Source: Macrostomum lignano (taxonomy: Eukaryota). Taken from it: 64,000 nt of DNA. The stretch spans positions 1 to 64,000 of the forward strand of contig NIVC01002369.1 in assembly GCA_002269645.1 (NCBI GenBank), written 5' to 3'. Each line of letters starts with the position of its first letter. Within the stretch, counting starts at the first letter, position 1. The notes under the pieces were generated by a model. That model did not search any database, had not been told where the DNA came from, and was given only the letters and a program-made list of their open reading frames with translations. Below, one piece after another: positions 59,401-64,000 of this stretch. The position numbers were made by a program, and so were the translations under genes.

Positions 59401-61802
59401 TAGGAACCACAACACTAGAAATTCTTGTATCTACAGATATGGGGAAGCAAAAAGGTAGGGATATTTTCAGCATCTGCATGAATTTTAAAATAAACTTAAC
59501 AAAGTCAAGTTTTCCCATTTTGTACTTTGTAATTATATAATTGAACTTTAATTATAGATGATTTGTCTAACATAATTTGGAAGTTCAAATTGAACTAAAG
59601 AAATAATTGTTTTCATTTTTATAACATTATATGTTTCAATTTTTTGACTATTTGCTGATTTAAGACATATTAGTTTTGCTTCTAGTTTTCTAATATTTCC
59701 AATATTTAAGCATGCAACAATAGTATTAGTAAGATACTATAGTGGTTGTTTATCTAAGACACTTGAATTGTATCTAAGATAGTTAGAATTAGAATTCATT
59801 AAAAACTTCAATAGTTTTATTTAGTTTCATTTAGACTCATTGGAATATTCTCCAATTCTATTGTTCCAGAAACCATGAAGTTTTCTCCCAAAAAATCAGT
59901 GTTCCCACTTAGCAACCTTTATTTTTTGAGCCAAGCCATTCATTTTTGCACCATAGATATTTTTGTGCCATTATCACTCTACCTCTAAGGCTCTAATGCA
60001 GTGTGATATCCTTTGAGATATTTAAAAACTCATACCTAACATCCAGGGACCTAGATCATAAATCATCTAATTTTGGACAAGATAAGACACTACAACTTGG
60101 CAAAAAATAGCAACAACAGCATGAGTATCAGACTATTAATTTCTCTAAATCAATATTGCAATTAAAACATAAAAGTTCTATCCAACACCATCAAGGTTGG
60201 CTTTGTTATTCTATTGGTATATAAAAAGTATGCTTGTTCCTCATATTAGCAAAAAGGATGTTAAGAGAATTTTTAATTAGCACTAATAATATCATGCAAT
60301 ACCCATAGCTATAGATTATACTTAGTCCCTTGGAAAAGATAACCAGCACTATAGCAAAATAAATGTAATAACAATAGAGTATAATTTGTATAATAAAACA
60401 TATAGAAAATGGAAAAAATAGGTAAGAAGCCAAAAAGGCAACATAAAAGGCACTGTTTAATTCCTACAATCTCAACAGATAGCTATTACGGTAGATCAAG
60501 AAAAAAAGGTGCAAATATGCAATGCATGTCTCACTTTTGATAGAATTTGGAATATCATGTATGCAAACATATTCAATCATAGATTCCAAATGGGGACACC
60601 TCAATATCTAAACTTTAAAATACCTAACAGGCTCTTACAATTATATCTAGCCTTGTATCTATCCTTAATACCAAAAATGGTATCAAGATAAGGTTAGGTT
60701 CAGGGTTAGTATTGCATGTCAATCTAGATTGCAGTGTGGATTTTTTAAATTATGCTCATGGTCATGGCACATAATGTTACAATATAATTATTTATATTAT
60801 GCTCCCAACCTTATAAATATCTAATAATTATTACTACATGCTGATAGGCAATTTATGATTGAGGATATGAAAGTTTAATGTAATTTGGAAAATGACAAAA
60901 ATAAAAAGAATAAATCTTGTATTGCTGTCTCTACTGCAGATGAAACTTCTTACTCTATATGCTTTTAAGCAACCTTTTGCCTGTCAAAGAAGACAACAGA
61001 ATGTTGCTAGCAACACACTTAAGTATAGACTTAATTATACAAAGATTTTCTTTTTCTTTCTTCTTTAGAAGCTTCGCTTGCTCACATCATAAATCTTCCT
61101 ACTCCTTGTCCATTGACTACATATTTTTCTGTGCTGTCTCCTTTTCTCTTTTTTGGCAATCTTGTGCTCTATTTCACTAGCCTTTATCTATAGCGCTAGT
61201 GCCTCTTTAGCATTGCAGAATGTCTTGCTGGTCCTCTTCTCAGATTCAACCTTCAGAATTAAAGCTTCTTCCAGTTGCTTTTAGTGGGCCTCTTCAGCTT
61301 CCTTTTTCTTATCTTTCATGTGTTGGTTATACGCAGCTCTGGCAAAAGAGCAAAAATTTATCAGCTTTGCTGTTACTCAAAGCAAGGCTGCAATCTAGTT
61401 CTTGACATTCAAGCATTATTGTGTTACTATCAAAGCCTAAGTAATGTTAGGCGTAAGTAGTGAACACTTCTTGGTGATGATTATGTTGGTGTAGGACCAA
61501 GACAAGAAGATTCGCCAGGGGTTAGTAAAATGGGTGGCAATGCTTTCTCGCTGTTTCTAGACACACAGAGCCCCCTGCAGTAAGTCAAGTAGGACCAAGA
61601 CCGCCACATACAAAGACCACTACACTTAGGAGCTAGGAGAGGAATTTGGCTCAATGTGTTATTAAATGGTGCTAGAAAGAAGATGAGTCAGTAGGAAAGC
61701 CAATAGGACAAGCCTGCAAGAGAGGAACCTATGACTAGGCCTATAAGAGGAGGAATAGCAATGATTAAAGATTGGTAGGCTCCTTGATACCAATAGCCAA
61801 TA

Positions 61803-62585
61803 GTGCCAACCAAGCCCTGTAAGCCTGGAGGCAAAACCAAGAGATCACCCCCGGCTACTACAAATGAAGAACCGAGACTCAAGTGGGCTGCTTTGTTAGC
61901 TTCTCAAGCCACGGCACCAGTACAATCGATGGTAGTGAGGGCTACCCCGCCAAGCAGCAGCCGTACAATCCAAATTGAAGCACCGGCCAAAGCACCGACA
62001 GCTCGAGGTTCAAAGATGCCGCATCAAAGCACGCCTGCGTCTGCAGCCACCGCAGCACCGATATTGTCACGGCTGGGACCAAGAACATCGCCTTGGCGAA
62101 GCCCAAGACGATCATCACCATGGAGCCAGGGAGCTTTGCTGCCGAGCCCAAGAGTGTCACCATGGAAGAGCCTGTCGCCAAGACAGCAGAGACGATCGCC
62201 GCCAAGGGAGGCAGCCGACTTTCGTAGAATAGTACGCAGATTGATCGAAACCCACGGCGCCGACATCGAGAGGCTGCACTATAATTTTTGGCAGTACATG
62301 CTTTACCAAAGCTTACCACTAGCACTAGCTTACCTTCATCTGGACATACGCCAGCGACTGCCGCAAGCCTCCAAGGTCTGGCCAAGTGTCAAAATTCTGC
62401 GGGAACAGTACTCCCATCAGGAAGCAGTCGCCGTCCTCCAGGATGTGGCTGACCAGTTGCACCAGAACTTCCGCAGTGACCGTCGACCACCCAACCACCA
62501 GCTGATCAACGCCGAGATCGATTGGCTTTTCGGCCAAATCAAGTGGCCGTACTACCGTGACCTACCGCATCCCTGCCAGTTTTAA
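61803..62585 (+). CDS. Orphan ORF (260 aa): Ser/Pro/Arg-rich low-complexity N-half, helical-looking C-half; function unknown
   Basis: GC- and CpG-rich island within CpG-poor DNA. The frame extends upstream to an ATG at 61761 through three stops (TAG, TGA, TAG). No family recognised. Confidence 0.45.
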   Translation: MPTKPCKPGGKTKRSPPATTNEEPRLKWAALLASQATAPVQSMVVRATPPSSSRTIQIEAPAKAPTARGSKMPHQSTPASAATAAPILSRLGPRTSPWRSPRRSSPWSQGALLPSPRVSPWKSLSPRQQRRSPPREAADFRRIVRRLIETHGADIERLHYNFWQYMLYQSLPLALAYLHLDIRQRLPQASKVWPSVKILREQYSHQEAVAVLQDVADQLHQNFRSDRRPPNHQLINAEIDWLFGQIKWPYYRDLPHPCQF

Positions 62586-63365
62586 GGACTGAATGTCGAG
62601 TGATCTTAACAATTTGCACTATAAACAATTTCTTTCTTATGCTGTACTCTTTATTAATGTTGTACTTTTAATTTTAGCACTATTAGTTGAAATTTTTGCA
62701 CTTAAAATTCATAATATTACTTTTGCGTTTAAAAATTTCTTTCAGAGGAGGAAAGTTGTGCTAGTGTATGTTCCTGTTAATTACCTTTACTATTCTTTGT
62801 GCCTGATAAAATGCCTATTACAATTCATACATATAAATTAGCCGATTTATGACCATGTTAAATTCGCATGCAAACTAGAAACTAATTTTAGCATTTGTTT
62901 TATTATGCAAAATATTATCAATAAATATTTTTGTTATAATCATAGCCATCTAAAACAGTATATATAATACGAGTGATTTTGCCAAATAAAAGTAACCTTT
63001 TCTTGCTCTCGAAATATATGTGCGCTATAATATTGGTTTGTTCTATATTCTCAGATAAACCTTGAAATCTTGTTGAGTTAGTTATTTTAAGGAAAGGGGA
63101 GTGACAGTGCTCAGAAACTTACTAAGAGAAGGGATTGGGAAAATATTACAAAAGGGAAATTCAGAGAGTTGTGCTGTGACCCTCTAATCCCGGTGAACAC
63201 CCGACTAGGACAATCTAAAAAGTTCATGTACTAGTACTAGACCGCTCAGGCCATACAAAGATGCTACCAGACTAATACATAAGACACTACATCAGACTAA
63301 TACATAAAACGCTACCAGAATATTCAAATGAAATTCTAAGAAACAGGTAGAAACATTAAGGAAGA

Positions 63366-63620
63366 TTTGGTTACAGGTTATAGCAGTAGGATTTTGTATC
63401 GTACGGGAACACCCCTGCGACAACTTTGGTGTCAGCAGTAGAATTAGTGAGATAGTATTTAGAAGGAAGAATAAGCCCTGTTACAACTTTGGTGGCATAA
63501 CGGTGGAATTTTATAGAGAGCCAAAAGGCCCGTAACAACTTGGTATCAGGGGTTGTGATTAAAATTGATAAAGTAGGAGGTAAAACACCTGTTACAATAT
63601 TGTGCAGTAGTAGTAGAAGC
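63366..63620 (+). other. Tandem array of five LTR-terminus + tRNA-Leu primer-binding-site-like modules
   Basis: Anchors ending in ACA at 63375, 63422, 63485, 63537 and 63596. The three central ones are followed after 3-4 nt by TGGTGTCAGCAGTAGAATT, TGGTGGCATAACGGTGGAATT and TGGTATCAGGGGTTGTGATT; the outer two are degenerate. Confidence 0.7.
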
Positions 63621-63686
63621 AATCAACTTGGACTGTTTCTAATGCTGTTTCCAAGCTAAAAAGTCGAAAGGCGAAGAAAAAACCGA

Positions 63687-64000
63687 ATGACTAGTGGCAT
63701 GGACATGAAGCCCAAAGTAGTGTTAATTAACCCCTTTAAAAACCTTGATAAAGGTTAGAACGTTACGTCTAAGGGGCTAATATCTTTAGACCCTATGCAT
63801 GCTAAGTCAACGCTAAATGAATTTGATGGAAAAAAAACTTGGCACGAACAGCAAAAAGTAGCGAGGAACATTTCAACCGCCATCTTTGACCCAGCACGCC
63901 TTAGCGAGAGTACTGAACTGAAATCAATCGCTCTGTCAATTTCCCAGCCTTATGAGTAGGCTTGAGTAGTAATTCGTCTTATTGATAACACGATGGATAA
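63687..64000 (+). pseudogene. Start of a decayed gag-like ORF, runs off the window
   Basis: ATG at 63687: MTSGMDMKPKVVLINPFKNLDKG*NVTSKGLISLDPMHAKSTLNEFDGKKTWHEQQKVARNI...QPYE*A*VVIRLIDNTMD. Stops are TAG/TAG/TGA. Position just after the PBS array and an EFDG..W motif fit a Ty3/gypsy-type gag. Confidence 0.45.

Noticed and set aside
62593-62841. Hydrophobic 82-aa ORF as a membrane protein
   Set aside because: Hydrophobicity follows from T-rich composition; no other support.
63371-63622. Minus-strand 83-aa ORF with repeated DTKVV motifs
   Set aside because: The repeats are the antisense reading of the PBS modules, which are better explained at the DNA level.

Overview
Eukaryotic (metazoan) genomic DNA. 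The GC-rich exons with polyQ/polyG/polyA inserts and minisatellite-packed introns resemble the flatworm Macrostomum, but the species is an inference I cannot verify. The window holds three spliced host genes: (1) the 3' part of a divergent outer-arm axonemal dynein heavy chain (DNAH5/DNAH8 type, +, 15 exons from 175 to 15935, two apparent single-base frameshifts); (2) a 7-cadherin-repeat protocadherin (+, 29298-41952); (3) condensin I kleisin NCAPH/barren (-, 53639-50306, 3 exons). Between the first two lies an apparently young Penelope-like retroelement (-, ~18750-22410). It has an intact RT + GIY-YIG ORF, an upstream SGNH-fold ORF ending on an A AAA AAC slippery site, and a 3' hammerhead ribozyme. 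A second, orphan hammerhead sits in a ~790-bp unit wedged between two (GATA)n arrays in a protocadherin intron. From ~53.7 kb the sequence becomes AT-rich and CpG-depleted and carries decayed elements (THAP/P-element fossil, LINE tail, orphan ORF). Near the right edge is a tandem array of five LTR-end + tRNA-Leu primer-binding-site modules in front of a decayed gag-like ORF. Motif comparisons to human proteins and tRNAs are from memory, not from searches.
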